Shown here piece after piece: positions 10,493 through 21,295 of a DNA stretch of 64,000 nucleotides (within the stretch, counting starts at the first letter, position 1; every line of letters starts with the position of its first letter). The stretch comes from an uncultured delta proteobacterium (GTDB lineage Bacteria > Desulfobacterota > Desulfomonilia > UBA1062): positions 192,001 to 256,000 of the forward strand of contig CAVVYZ010000005.1 of assembly GCA_963752595.1 (NCBI GenBank), in the 5' to 3' direction. Below the pieces are notes generated by a model, which made no database searches, had not been told where the DNA came from, and saw nothing but the letters and a program-made list of their open reading frames with translations. Position numbers and translations under genes: made by a program.

Positions 10493-12772
10493 ATGAAAAA
10501 CAATCTGGAACCATCTGAGAGGAAACCGGGCAAGCCTTTCGATCCCTTCGGGACAGTGCAGAGGCACTGGATGGAGATCGCCGTGTTCGGCAGTATCCTT
10601 CTCATTCTGATGATTCCTTTCGCTTATTTACTCAGCAAGCCGTTCTATACGGTTCAGGGAAGGATCCTCGTTGCACCGGCAGTCAGCACATTCATTGTCC
10701 AGAACGAAGAAACGCCCATTACCGGCTACTACAATGCCTATGTACGGACGCATGTGAGCAGGCTGAAACAGCGGGATGTGTTCGAGAAGGCGCTGTCCAA
10801 GCTCGAGCCCGAGCTGAAGTCTCGGTATATACCCAAGGATACCTCCCTGTCCTTTGCTGCGACCCTGCTGATGAATAAGATGGAGATCGACCACCTCTCC
10901 GGCACCCACCTCATTACGCTCACCATGACCGGGGGCATCCCGGATGGATTGGCAGAGGTCATCAATAACGTTGCCGATGTCTATATGGAAGAGATACAGA
11001 AAGAGATGGAAACAAAGGATTACCGGCGTCTCATGTATCTCCAGCACGAGAAGGAAAAGATCGAGGAAGATATCACTTCCCAGAACCGGCTACTCCAGGA
11101 GATTGCGAAAGAAGCAGGGACGTTCTCGTTCGAGAGCGAGAACAACATTTATAATACCCAGTTCGAGATTCTGCAGGAGGAGTATGTCAGGGCCTACAGC
11201 GACCGGGTGTTGAAAGAAAACGCACTCAGCTCGCTCATGAGCCTGGGGAACTATCGTAAAAAAGCTTCCGTCAAGCCGCTGGTTGAAGAGTTCGTGAACC
11301 AGTCCTCCTCATCTTCCCAGTTAGGCTCTTCCACATATCAGGAGCTGATCAAGCTCAACTCAGCCCGTGCAGAATATCCACCCGCCCATCCCGGCCGCGC
11401 AAAGATAGAATCAAAGATTCATGCGCTTGAAGAAAACCTCAAACAATTTGAGAACGACGAGAGGAAGAAAGCGGAAAATATCGTTGTGGAAAAGCGCAAG
11501 CTGGACCTTGATGAAAGAATCATGAACGCCCGCGCCGACTACGAAGCAGCCAAGAGGGCAGAGGAAGATATCCAGTCAAAGCGCGACGAGATCCTGGCCA
11601 AAAGGTCCGGCATTTCACAGAAGCTTATCAGTGGGAAGCAGATCGGTGAAAAGGTCGAGCACTTAAGGAGCCTCCTGAACCGGATCGAGGATCGGATCAG
11701 CGAGCTGAACCTCGAGTCCAAGGCTCCCGGCAGGCTCCAGATAGAAAGTTATGCCAAGAGGCCCCAGATGCCTTCGGGGAGCAATCTGAAGAAGATCCTG
11801 ATGGTGTTCTTCCTCTTCTCCTACGGCAGCATCCTGATGATCTGTGTGATCTACGACATCTTCGACAAGCGGGTCCGTGACCGAAAGAACGTGTTCCATG
11901 CATTGGGGTCGCACCCCTCGTGGCCCATCTCGAATTACAAGTTCACCGGCACAAACGGCATCCCCTTCTCCCGTGTCACTATGGATGATTCATCCAATGT
12001 GGTTGCAAAAGCGATCCAGAGCCTTGCGGTACGCATCGACAAGGAGAGGAAGGAGCATGATGCACGGTGCGTGGTGTTTACCGGCATCGACAGGAAATGC
12101 GGCACTACGGAGATCCTCGTCAATACGGCATATGCCATTACCAAGCTCTGCAAGAATATCATTGTCATCGATGCCCACTTTGACCAGCCGAATATCACGA
12201 GCCTCCTGAATGCCGCCGCGGATAAGCCGGGCATCATAGACTTCCTCCTAGGGAGGGTATCCATCAAGGAATGCATCGTGCACGATGACGAAAGAGGCCT
12301 CGACTTCATCCTTCCGGGCAGAAAGCCTACCTCCGAAGACCTGGGACTGCTCGATCTTTCCATCATCCCCCACATGATCCGGGAGCTCAAGCAGCGGTAT
12401 GCCCTGATATTGATCGACAGCACCCCGGTATTGACGAGCGATATCACCGAATACTTCATCCTGCAGTCGGATGCCACCATTGCGGTCATCCAGGGAGATA
12501 AAACCAAATATGATCACCTGTACCTGGCTGGGGACATCCTCTTCCGCCTGAAAGTGCCCGCCATCGGCGCCGTTCTGAACTGGGGCGCGCCGAGAAACCT
12601 GAACAAGGGGCAAATCCTGGTGTCGAAGATCCTTTGGCCCTGCGAGAAGCTCCTTGCGAAAATTACCGGGACAGACCTGAAGTATGTTCGATACTTCATC
12701 GAGCCCCCCGAACCCCCGGCGGCCCCAGATGCACCCCCGGAAGAAGAGTCCTCGCTGAACGACACCGGATAG
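10493..12772 (+). CDS. Polysaccharide co-polymerase (Wzc/GumC-like) with degenerate kinase domain
   Basis: Two TM helices around a long coiled coil. C-terminal P-loop fold with IVIDA and ILIDSTP. Walker A reads GIDRKCGTT. Confidence 0.8.
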   Translation: MKNNLEPSERKPGKPFDPFGTVQRHWMEIAVFGSILLILMIPFAYLLSKPFYTVQGRILVAPAVSTFIVQNEETPITGYYNAYVRTHVSRLKQRDVFEKALSKLEPELKSRYIPKDTSLSFAATLLMNKMEIDHLSGTHLITLTMTGGIPDGLAEVINNVADVYMEEIQKEMETKDYRRLMYLQHEKEKIEEDITSQNRLLQEIAKEAGTFSFESENNIYNTQFEILQEEYVRAYSDRVLKENALSSLMSLGNYRKKASVKPLVEEFVNQSSSSSQLGSSTYQELIKLNSARAEYPPAHPGRAKIESKIHALEENLKQFENDERKKAENIVVEKRKLDLDERIMNARADYEAAKRAEEDIQSKRDEILAKRSGISQKLISGKQIGEKVEHLRSLLNRIEDRISELNLESKAPGRLQIESYAKRPQMPSGSNLKKILMVFFLFSYGSILMICVIYDIFDKRVRDRKNVFHALGSHPSWPISNYKFTGTNGIPFSRVTMDDSSNVVAKAIQSLAVRIDKERKEHDARCVVFTGIDRKCGTTEILVNTAYAITKLCKNIIVIDAHFDQPNITSLLNAAADKPGIIDFLLGRVSIKECIVHDDERGLDFILPGRKPTSEDLGLLDLSIIPHMIRELKQRYALILIDSTPVLTSDITEYFILQSDATIAVIQGDKTKYDHLYLAGDILFRLKVPAIGAVLNWGAPRNLNKGQILVSKILWPCEKLLAKITGTDLKYVRYFIEPPEPPAAPDAPPEEESSLNDTG

Positions 12773-12835
12773 GCCTTCAACCCGGTACCGGCAATTTATG
12801 AACAGATCCGTACGCTCCTTATGTGACACTTAACG

Positions 12836-14155
12836 ATGAAATGCCTCTTGATTATCAACCAGTGTACCCCCGAATGGGCTTCCGTGCCCCTTGTGGGGTA
12901 TAATTTTTTCCATGGGATCAGCCGGCTGGCCGATGTTACCCTTGCTACGCACATCCGGAACAGAAATGCACTCGAAAAGGTGCGGGCGGGGCGGAAGATC
13001 GTCTATATCCCCGAGAGTACCGCCGTACAGAACTACTACCGGATCGTTTCACGCGTCCTGAACAGGGGCAACACCAACTGGCCCGTTGCCCATGCCCTGA
13101 CCTACCCTGTGTATGCCGAGTTCAATCACAGGGTATACAGAGAATTCAGGACAGAGGTATCGGAAGGCCGGTACGATATTGTTCACGCACTGACGCCGAT
13201 TCTCCCAAGGTACCCGGTAAAACTGATCGATGCCTGCACGAACACGCCTTTCGTCCTGGGCCCGGTGAACGGAGGAGTTCCGTTCCCCAAGGCATTTTCC
13301 CAGGAGGCGAGGCAGGAATTTGCACATTTCAATCCTTTAAGAATTTTCTCCAGGCTCATACCCGGCTATGCAAGGACGTATAAAAACGCAGCTAAAGTGC
13401 TCGCCGGATCGACGTATACCCTCACCATGATCCAGGACATGTTCCATTTGAGCCCCTCCCGGATCGAGCTTTTTTTCGAAAACGGCATACCCGGCGCATT
13501 CTTCTCGCCGGAGAAGCAGCCTCGCCCCGGAGACAGCACATTCAGGCTGCTCTTCGTGGGCAGGCTGGTACCCTACAAGGGCGCAGATATGCTCATCGAG
13601 GCGGTGAGCCTGCTGGATGGGGACATAAAAGGACACATACATCTGACGATCGTCGGCGACGGGCCTGAAAAAGAAAATCTCATCACCCTGTCGGCGGATC
13701 TTGGTATTGCAGACCTGGTCAGGTTCACCGGATGGATTCCCCAGGCCGAGACCGCATCGTATTACCGGACATCGGATCTTTTCTGCTTCCCCTCCATCCG
13801 GGAGTTCGGGGGAGCTGTGGTACTGGAAGCCATGGCCTCAGGGCTGCCTTCGATTGTCGTGAATAATGGAGGGATCGGGGAGTACGTTACGGATGAGACC
13901 GGTTTCAGGATCGATCCGGTATCGAGGAGCGGGCTCATCAGCGAGATGAAAGAGAGGATCGGGCTCCTTTTCCGTGACAGGTCACTTTATGACAGGATGT
14001 CGAAAGCAGCGGCAAAAAGGGCCGGGACGTTTGAATGGGGGGTAAAGTCAAAGCAGATTCTGGATATATATCAGCAGGCGATCCATGAAAATCTCCCGGC
14101 ATCGGCCCCCAGAGATGATCTGCCGCCGGTTCTTTCCCGTACAGGCAAACCATGA
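12836..14155 (+). CDS. GT4 glycosyltransferase
   Basis: FVGRLVPYKG and FPSIREFGGAVVLEAMASG. Confidence 0.9.
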   Translation: MKCLLIINQCTPEWASVPLVGYNFFHGISRLADVTLATHIRNRNALEKVRAGRKIVYIPESTAVQNYYRIVSRVLNRGNTNWPVAHALTYPVYAEFNHRVYREFRTEVSEGRYDIVHALTPILPRYPVKLIDACTNTPFVLGPVNGGVPFPKAFSQEARQEFAHFNPLRIFSRLIPGYARTYKNAAKVLAGSTYTLTMIQDMFHLSPSRIELFFENGIPGAFFSPEKQPRPGDSTFRLLFVGRLVPYKGADMLIEAVSLLDGDIKGHIHLTIVGDGPEKENLITLSADLGIADLVRFTGWIPQAETASYYRTSDLFCFPSIREFGGAVVLEAMASGLPSIVVNNGGIGEYVTDETGFRIDPVSRSGLISEMKERIGLLFRDRSLYDRMSKAAAKRAGTFEWGVKSKQILDIYQQAIHENLPASAPRDDLPPVLSRTGKP

Positions 14156-15534
14156 GTCCTGTTGTCCATATCGTCATGTTCGGATGGATCCCGGTCGTCA
14201 TCGGGCTCTTCTTCAAACTGAAGCCCAGGCATGCCGTCATTGCATCTTTCCTTATTGCATGGCTCTTCCTGCCGAATGCCGAGTATCCCCTTCCCGGATT
14301 TCCGAACTACACCAAGATGTCTGCTACCTGCTGGGGAGTCCTCATCGCTGCAGCAGTGTTCGATATGGAAAGCCTCGCGCGCTTCAGGCTCCGCACCCTT
14401 GATATCCCCATGATCATCTGGTGCCTGTGCCCCATCGCATCCTCCCTGTCCAACGGCTACGGCATCTACGACGGCATATCCGTCTTTCTCAGACAGACCG
14501 TTACTTGGGGTTTCCCGTATTTCATCGGCAGGGTATATTTCAGCTCACTCGTTGGGCTGAAAGAGCTTGCGATCGGCATCTTCATCGGCGGCATGATCTA
14601 TATCCCCCTATGCTTATACGAAAGCCGGTTCAGCCCGCAGCTGCATTACAAGGTGTACGGATTCTACCAGCACACCTTTAACCAGACATACCGGTGGGGC
14701 GGCTGGCGGCCCATGGTTTTCATGACCCACGGCCTCATGCTGGGCGTCTGGATGATGAGCGCCACATTGGTCGCCTTCTGGCTGTGGAGCACCGGGGTAC
14801 TGAAAAGTTTCAAAGGAATCGCCATGAAATGGCTGGTCCTGCTCATGGTATTCACCACGATCTGGTGCAGGTCTACTGCCGCCATAGCCCATCTTTTCAC
14901 AGGCATGGCGATACTTTACATGTCGCAGAAGTACCGGAAACCCCTGTTCCTGATCCTTCTCGTAGCCATCCCGCTCTTCTATCTTCCCACGCGGTCCACG
15001 GGCATCTGGACAGGGAAAGACCTCGTCTCTTTCATCTCGGAGAATATCAGCGTGGACAGGGCCGAGTCGCTACGGTTCCGGATGGTCAATGAAAACATCC
15101 TGGCGGAAAAGGCCATAAAGAGGCCGCTGTTCGGCTGGGCGACATGGGGAAAGGCGCGTGTCTACGATGATGACGGCAATGACGTCTCCGTAACGGACGG
15201 CCTCTGGATCATCACCTTCGGTAATCATGGGCTGGTGGGTCTCCTGTCCATGACATTGAGCATTCTCATGCCCGTATTTTACCTGCTGCGCCATTACCCG
15301 GCACGCATTTGGGACGATCCCCGGGTGGCGCCTGCAGCGGTATTGTCCGTGCTCCTTGCTCTGTACATGGTGGACAATCTGCTCAACGCCATGATCAACC
15401 CCATCTTTCTGATATTGGCAGGGGGGATCTCCGGGCTGCCCCCGCTGGCGGTCGCGCTCAGAGAGACTTCACCTGAGCTTGAGGAAGAGAATCTCTCATC
15501 TTTAAAGCCTGCTTACGCACCGAGGTTTCTCTAA
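14152..15534 (+). CDS. Wzy polymerase / O-antigen ligase family membrane protein
   Basis: About 10-12 hydrophobic segments, SLRFR...RPLFGW, and position in the EPS locus. Confidence 0.75.
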   Translation: MSPVVHIVMFGWIPVVIGLFFKLKPRHAVIASFLIAWLFLPNAEYPLPGFPNYTKMSATCWGVLIAAAVFDMESLARFRLRTLDIPMIIWCLCPIASSLSNGYGIYDGISVFLRQTVTWGFPYFIGRVYFSSLVGLKELAIGIFIGGMIYIPLCLYESRFSPQLHYKVYGFYQHTFNQTYRWGGWRPMVFMTHGLMLGVWMMSATLVAFWLWSTGVLKSFKGIAMKWLVLLMVFTTIWCRSTAAIAHLFTGMAILYMSQKYRKPLFLILLVAIPLFYLPTRSTGIWTGKDLVSFISENISVDRAESLRFRMVNENILAEKAIKRPLFGWATWGKARVYDDDGNDVSVTDGLWIITFGNHGLVGLLSMTLSILMPVFYLLRHYPARIWDDPRVAPAAVLSVLLALYMVDNLLNAMINPIFLILAGGISGLPPLAVALRETSPELEEENLSSLKPAYAPRFL

Positions 15535-15574
15535 AGAGCCCTTAGGCCCGATGCATGAAAAGATTGAAGGCATA

Positions 15575-17212
15575 TCACTTGAATAAAGGTTCTTTCGTAC
15601 TTCCTGCTTTCGGATATGAGATGCCCAGCTCATCGAGAAACACCCTGAACTTTAACGCCTCGGTGGTGGGCTGGTCCAGGTATTCGAGATGCCCCCAGGA
15701 GCCGGATTTCGTATCCTGTGCCGACACGAATGCAAAGGCCATGAAGAGGGTAAGGTTCATCTCCCTGCAGGAGGCAATGAATTCACGGTATGTCGAGTAC
15801 AATTCCGGCGATTCCTGGGCGTCCCAGAGCGCCTGCAGGTATGGCGGCGAAGAGCCCAACGGGAAAGGACAGATAGATTGGCCGGCCTCATAGGTAACGT
15901 AGCGGATACCATATCCAGACGCGATCTTTGCATGTTTTTCCATTGCGGGGAGTTCGTGAGCCCGCATGTTTTCGTATACGCTCCGCATGACGTCATGTGC
16001 CGTCGCCCGGGGGCCGAGGGTCTGAAGGGCCTTGTACCCTTCCGCGCCCAGGCCGAAATAGCCGCTGGATGCAAGGGCGTCGAGACCTCCCCGACCGAGG
16101 TATTCAATGATGTCTTCAGCAATACCGGGCCTTACCTGCTGACCACTGACGACCCTGATGATGCGGCCCTTTTGGTCGCCGAATTCTTCCTGCCAGATGC
16201 CGAAGGCCTGCCGGGCAAAAGACGCATATTTCCTTGCGTGGGACAGTGCCGGGTCACCGTGGGCTTCCACCCAGCGATACTGGCCGAACATGGCATTCCA
16301 CACCTCGTTGGAATACTCGATATACATCTTCCGTTCATGCCTGAGAGAGCCCTTCACCAGCCCGGCGAATCCGCGGATATAGTCGGGATCGGCCTGATGG
16401 GGGATGCAGAACCAGGGATCGGCATCGATCCGGTTGCAGAGATCTACCAGGTATTCTATTGCAACGCCGGCCCGGTCGGCCTGGGTGTACGAGGAAGGCT
16501 TCGTTCTCTGTGCCCACTGCTGCACGCCCGAATCATTGGTCCGCTGCCAGTCCATGAAACGGATGACCTTAAAAGGCTTCAGTCGTTCGAGGAATATGGG
16601 ATTGAAGGGCTGCAGCTCATAGGAATTCTCGAATCCGGGCATGATCACACGGATATTCCTGATGTGGTCATTCTTTTCGGAGCGCACGATCTTCATGAAG
16701 ATGCCCGCGTGAGAGGGCGTGACATCGAGCTCGATCCTGCCCGGCGAGCTAGTCGCCACTTTTGCATCGAAAAAGAACCTGATATCTCCTTGTCCTTCAT
16801 ACAGGCAGACATATCGCCCTTTCGGATACCGGCCTTCGATGGCCCTGCACATCAGCGTTGCCGTGATCTGGGGGGCTTCCATCCCTGGGATTTCCACCGG
16901 AAGGGAGAGCGGATATCCGTCCGCATCCAGAGGGATTGAATGGATCTTTTCGGTATCCCACGGGTTTCTGCCGCCGGGCACATTCCGATCATTCTGCGTC
17001 ACCCAGGGCATGGAGCTCTTCATTACATCGACAAAGGGCAGTTCCCGGGTATAGTAGGTCACCGATGACAGGTTCATCCCGATCGAAAACGCAGCGGGCT
17101 CAGGGCTTGAGACTTTCTGGGCAGGACTGTCGGAAAAGAACACATATCCCAAGATGAACACTGCACTTACTGCGACAGCGAATATCACTTTCTTCATCCG
17201 GCTCTCCATCAC
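15575..17212 (-). CDS. Exported putative glycoside hydrolase (TIM-barrel, GH-A-like)
   Basis: N-terminal signal/anchor. Motifs IRFMDW, PWFCIPH, YIEYSNEVWN, YVTYEAGQ. Confidence 0.6.
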   Translation of the reverse strand: MMESRMKKVIFAVAVSAVFILGYVFFSDSPAQKVSSPEPAAFSIGMNLSSVTYYTRELPFVDVMKSSMPWVTQNDRNVPGGRNPWDTEKIHSIPLDADGYPLSLPVEIPGMEAPQITATLMCRAIEGRYPKGRYVCLYEGQGDIRFFFDAKVATSSPGRIELDVTPSHAGIFMKIVRSEKNDHIRNIRVIMPGFENSYELQPFNPIFLERLKPFKVIRFMDWQRTNDSGVQQWAQRTKPSSYTQADRAGVAIEYLVDLCNRIDADPWFCIPHQADPDYIRGFAGLVKGSLRHERKMYIEYSNEVWNAMFGQYRWVEAHGDPALSHARKYASFARQAFGIWQEEFGDQKGRIIRVVSGQQVRPGIAEDIIEYLGRGGLDALASSGYFGLGAEGYKALQTLGPRATAHDVMRSVYENMRAHELPAMEKHAKIASGYGIRYVTYEAGQSICPFPLGSSPPYLQALWDAQESPELYSTYREFIASCREMNLTLFMAFAFVSAQDTKSGSWGHLEYLDQPTTEALKFRVFLDELGISYPKAGSTKEPLFK

Positions 17213-17308
17213 CGGCGCTTATCGCCTCTCCATCAGCAGGCGTAAGACCGACCCGGAGAAAGTATACGTGAAAGCATCCTTCCTCACAAGGCATATCATG
17301 AGCGGATC

Positions 17309-18814
17309 ATGGTAAGAAAGGCATCAGTTGTGGAAAAATTATATCGCCTGGCAAGCCTGATACTCAAGCCCCAATCCCATTCGCTGAAGCTCCAGAGTAT
17401 CCGTGCAGCCGTATGGAGCCTCCTGGAGAAAGGGAGCAGCCATGCCTTAAGGATGCTGGGAAGCCTCATCCTCACGAGGATACTCTTCCCCGAGGCGTTC
17501 GGCATCATGGCGGCAGCCCAGACCGTCATACTCATGATCCAGCTCTTTACGGACACCGGGGTTAAAACAGCGATCATTCAGAACCCCAAAGGGGCGGACA
17601 GGGATTTTCTCGATGCGGTATTCCTCATCAGCACCGGCCGCGGATTGCTCTTAAGCCTTATCGTTGCAGGGATCGCCTGGCCCATGGCCCTCTACTACCA
17701 GCAGCCGCAGATCACCGGAATACTCATCATCCTGGCCATCAATCCCTTTATCCTGGGTTTTGAAAACCCTAGCCTTACGCTTCTGATCAAGCAGTTCCGC
17801 GTGGAGAAAAAGGTGGCCCTCGAGATCGGGTCCCAGGCGCTCGGGCTTATGACTTCGATTATCCTCGCATACATCTACCGGTCCGTTTACGCACTGGCAA
17901 TCGGCAGCGTGTTTTCATCCCTCTACCGGGTGGCCGGATCTTTCCTGGTCAGCCCGTACTCGCCCCGTTTCAGATGGAACAGGGAAATCGTGACCGAGAT
18001 ATTCCATTTCGGGAAATTCATCATGCTCAACACCATGATCAGCTTCACTGCCATGAATGCCGACGTTCTCATTACCGGCAAGGTGCTCAACATGGAAAAC
18101 CTCGGGGTATACAATATCGGGCGCACCATGGGCCTGCTCATCTGGATGGTCTGTCTCCAGATCTTCCTCCAGTCGTACCTGCCTGCAGTCAGCAGCGTAT
18201 TGAACGATATCCCCAGGATCGTGAAGATGTACCGGGATACAACCTCGTTCATCCTTGCGCTTACCATCCCGGTTTCCATGATCTTTGCCCTTTTCTCCCA
18301 GGATATCATCCGGCTCCTCTATGACCCGAGATATCTGGAAGCATCCGTATCCATGTTCTGGTTCAGCATCAGCGGCATCCTGCTCGTCCTGAACGCAGTA
18401 AACAGCAGCACCTTTATCGCCCTTGGGAGACTCAAGTATGAAACCATTTCCACGGGAATCTGCCTTGTATGTGTCTTCCTGCTCATTCCATTCGGCGCGA
18501 GAAATTATGGTTTGGCAGGGGCTGCAGTCGGGATGCTCGTCGCTATATCTATCATGGTGGTCGCACAGACGTTCTTCCTTTCATCAGGTGTGGGCTTTCC
18601 GGTTTCGAAGGTCATGCGACCCTGGTATCAGATGATCGCCGTATCCGGGTCGATAAGCTGCATGTATTATGCCTTAAGGCCGTTCCTTTCGAGCGAGGCT
18701 CTCTACAATATCCCCTTCCTCGCAGTCATGAGCACGATAGCCCTGGCTGCCTCGATGTGCCTCTATTTCCTGTGGAATGAAGCCCGGCAAGCCGGAGAGC
18801 AGCCCGTGGGCTGA
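17309..18814 (+). CDS. wzx: Wzx oligosaccharide flippase
   Basis: LTRILFPEAFG, DTGVKTAIIQ, multi-TM PST-family pattern. Confidence 0.88.
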   Translation: MVRKASVVEKLYRLASLILKPQSHSLKLQSIRAAVWSLLEKGSSHALRMLGSLILTRILFPEAFGIMAAAQTVILMIQLFTDTGVKTAIIQNPKGADRDFLDAVFLISTGRGLLLSLIVAGIAWPMALYYQQPQITGILIILAINPFILGFENPSLTLLIKQFRVEKKVALEIGSQALGLMTSIILAYIYRSVYALAIGSVFSSLYRVAGSFLVSPYSPRFRWNREIVTEIFHFGKFIMLNTMISFTAMNADVLITGKVLNMENLGVYNIGRTMGLLIWMVCLQIFLQSYLPAVSSVLNDIPRIVKMYRDTTSFILALTIPVSMIFALFSQDIIRLLYDPRYLEASVSMFWFSISGILLVLNAVNSSTFIALGRLKYETISTGICLVCVFLLIPFGARNYGLAGAAVGMLVAISIMVVAQTFFLSSGVGFPVSKVMRPWYQMIAVSGSISCMYYALRPFLSSEALYNIPFLAVMSTIALAASMCLYFLWNEARQAGEQPVG

Positions 18815-18827
18815 AGGACAATATCGC

Positions 18828-19352
18828 ATGTTCCAGAACTTGAATGACGACTACCGGATGTATCCGAACCTGATGAACCCGGTCCTGTGGGTATTGGCTG
18901 TCTACAGGTACGGAAGATGGGTAGAGACGGTCAAACCCGACAGCGTACGCAAGATTCTCGATAAAACGTACTGGATCCTGCAAAACATGGTTTCCACCAT
19001 CACAACGGTCTATCTCCCGAGAAACGTGACCTTCGGCAAGAACTTCCATATCATACACCCGATCTCGATTGTCATTCACCCCAAGACAATATTCGGCGAC
19101 AACGTGGGCATCATGCACGAAGTGACCCTCGGCTCCCGCGGGACGTATGCAGCGCCGGTCATCGGGAATGACGTCTTCATCGGTGCAGGGGCAAAGATCC
19201 TCGGAGAGATCACCATCGGCGACAATGTCGACATCGGTGCGAATTCGGTAGTTCTGCATGATGTGCCTGCCAATTCCCTTGCCGTGGGCGTTCCGGCGAG
19301 GATCATAAGAAATCATGCAAGAAAAAAATGGGCGTATGAACCCGGGAAGTAA
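18828..19352 (+). CDS. Serine-acetyltransferase-like hexapeptide O-acetyltransferase
   Basis: PVIGNDVFIGAGAKILG and GANSVVLHDVP...GVPAR. Confidence 0.85.
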   Translation: MFQNLNDDYRMYPNLMNPVLWVLAVYRYGRWVETVKPDSVRKILDKTYWILQNMVSTITTVYLPRNVTFGKNFHIIHPISIVIHPKTIFGDNVGIMHEVTLGSRGTYAAPVIGNDVFIGAGAKILGEITIGDNVDIGANSVVLHDVPANSLAVGVPARIIRNHARKKWAYEPGK

Positions 19353-19449
19353 TTCCATGCACCGGCTGAACGGGAAAACGGTTCATCTGCCCATGGCAAA
19401 AGAATCGAACCTCAAAGAATAGCACGCTGCCCGATCCAGGACATCTCCC

Positions 19450-20037
19450 ATGAAAAGAGCCGTGATCAGGATAATGATTCTCACAATATCAATCGTGATA
19501 AGAGCCTTTTCCCCCCTCATATCCCTCCTCTTGAACCGCATCTATTATCCGGCATGGCTGAAGGCGGAGATAGGCGTTCTTGACCCTTCCATACAGTGCG
19601 ATGGCCGGGTGCACGTTACCGGGACAAAGAATGTACGGATCGGCCTGGGGTGCAGGATCGGCAGGAACACGGAATTCGAGACCACCGAGGCCGGCAATAT
19701 CCGGCTCGGCAATGATATACGGATAAACAGGGGATGCACGCTCGTATCGTATTCCGGGATAACCATCGATGATCACGCCATCATAGGAGAGTACGTATCC
19801 ATCAGGGATGCAAACCACGGCATGAACCCGGATGAGCCCATGCGCTACCAGAAGCACACCGCCTCCCCCATAACCATCGGCAAAGATGTCTGGATCGGCC
19901 GCGGGAGCTGCATCTTGCCCGGCGTGACCATCGGGGAAGGCTCGGTAATCGGGGCAAACAGCGTGGTGAATATCGATATCCCGCCGTATTCCATCGCGGC
20001 CGGGATACCGGCAAAGGTCATAAGGAAACGGCAGTAG
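19450..20037 (+). CDS. Hexapeptide-repeat acyltransferase (maltose/galactoside acetyltransferase-like)
   Basis: DANH, ITIGKDVWIG, GANSVV, GIPAKVI. Confidence 0.88.
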   Translation: MKRAVIRIMILTISIVIRAFSPLISLLLNRIYYPAWLKAEIGVLDPSIQCDGRVHVTGTKNVRIGLGCRIGRNTEFETTEAGNIRLGNDIRINRGCTLVSYSGITIDDHAIIGEYVSIRDANHGMNPDEPMRYQKHTASPITIGKDVWIGRGSCILPGVTIGEGSVIGANSVVNIDIPPYSIAAGIPAKVIRKRQ

Positions 20038-20062
20038 GAATATCCGTTACGGAAATCCCGGT

Positions 20063-21295
20063 ATGAACAATAACATGACCATAGCCTACCTGGCTCCTGA
20101 GATACCTGCCCTATCCGCGACCTTTGTCTATAATGAAATCCTCGAGGTGGAAAAACACGGGATAACGGTCGTCCCCATATCGGTGCATGTCCCCGGCGCA
20201 AAGGCACTTGAAGGTCCGGCTCAGGAGCTCGCAGAAAGGACCTGCTATCTCTACAGGCACTCGCTCCATGACTTCCTCCGGGATGCCCTGATCATGTCTT
20301 TTACCAAACCGCAGAGATTTGTCAAAGCTCTCCTGTACGCAGGAAGAGATGCCCTGCATGTCGGCCCTGTCAGCCGCACCGCAGCAGGCATTCTCTACCG
20401 ATTCTTCGCAGCTTCGACCGTTGCCCGCATCCTCATCAGGCAGAACTGTACACACATCCATGCCCATTTCGCACACATCCCTGCCGATATCGTCATGTAT
20501 GCCTCGCTGATGACGGGCGTGCCCTACAGCTTTACGGCCCATGCAAACGATATCTTCGTGCGGGGATGGCTCCTTGATGAAAAGGTGAGGCGATCGAAGT
20601 TTGCCGTTGCGATCTCTGGATTCAACCGTGATTTTCTCGCCGCGCAGGGCGCACCCCGGGATAAGATCCAGGTGATCCACTGCGGCGTGGACTCCGGGTC
20701 TTTCACCCGCAGGGAAACAACAAGTATCCGCTATCCTGTAAAGCTCGGATCACTGGGAAGGATGGTGGAGAAAAAAGGTTTCAATGTTCTCATCGACGCC
20801 TGCAGGATCCTCAAAAGTTCAGGGGTTTCTTTTGCCGTAGAGATCGCAGGAGACGGACCTTTGAAGCAGGAGCTCCTCATGCAGGCATCTTTATCTGGAT
20901 TGTCCGGCGAGATCAAATTCATAGGTTCGCTAGGGCATGACAAAGTGCCGGGCTGGCTAAAGGAGCTGGACCTCTTCGTGCTTCCTTGCAAAGAAGACCA
21001 TGATGGGGACATGGACGGGATCCCGGTAGTGCTCATGGAGGCTATGCTCTCGGGCGTCCCCGTTGTCTCAACCAGGCTCACGGGGATTCCGGAACTCATC
21101 GAAGACCGCGTGACCGGCTATCTCGCTGACCCCGGAGACCCCCGCAGCCTCGCATCAGCCATAAAAGAAGCCATACGGGACCCTCAGGTTCCCGGAAACA
21201 TTATTCGGGAGGCGATCGATAAGGTGCACGATCATTTCGACCTCTCGAAAAATGCAAGCAATCTTGAGGATCTTTTCAGGAGACCGCTGCCATGA
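20063..21295 (+). CDS. GT4 glycosyltransferase (WcaL-like)
   Basis: HIHAHF, TAHANDIF, GRMVEKKG, DGIPVVLMEAM. Confidence 0.88.
   Translation: MNNNMTIAYLAPEIPALSATFVYNEILEVEKHGITVVPISVHVPGAKALEGPAQELAERTCYLYRHSLHDFLRDALIMSFTKPQRFVKALLYAGRDALHVGPVSRTAAGILYRFFAASTVARILIRQNCTHIHAHFAHIPADIVMYASLMTGVPYSFTAHANDIFVRGWLLDEKVRRSKFAVAISGFNRDFLAAQGAPRDKIQVIHCGVDSGSFTRRETTSIRYPVKLGSLGRMVEKKGFNVLIDACRILKSSGVSFAVEIAGDGPLKQELLMQASLSGLSGEIKFIGSLGHDKVPGWLKELDLFVLPCKEDHDGDMDGIPVVLMEAMLSGVPVVSTRLTGIPELIEDRVTGYLADPGDPRSLASAIKEAIRDPQVPGNIIREAIDKVHDHFDLSKNASNLEDLFRRPLP

Noticed and set aside
15689-16939. 416-aa plus-strand ORF
   Set aside because: Antisense shadow of the motif-bearing minus-strand gene; no recognisable motifs.
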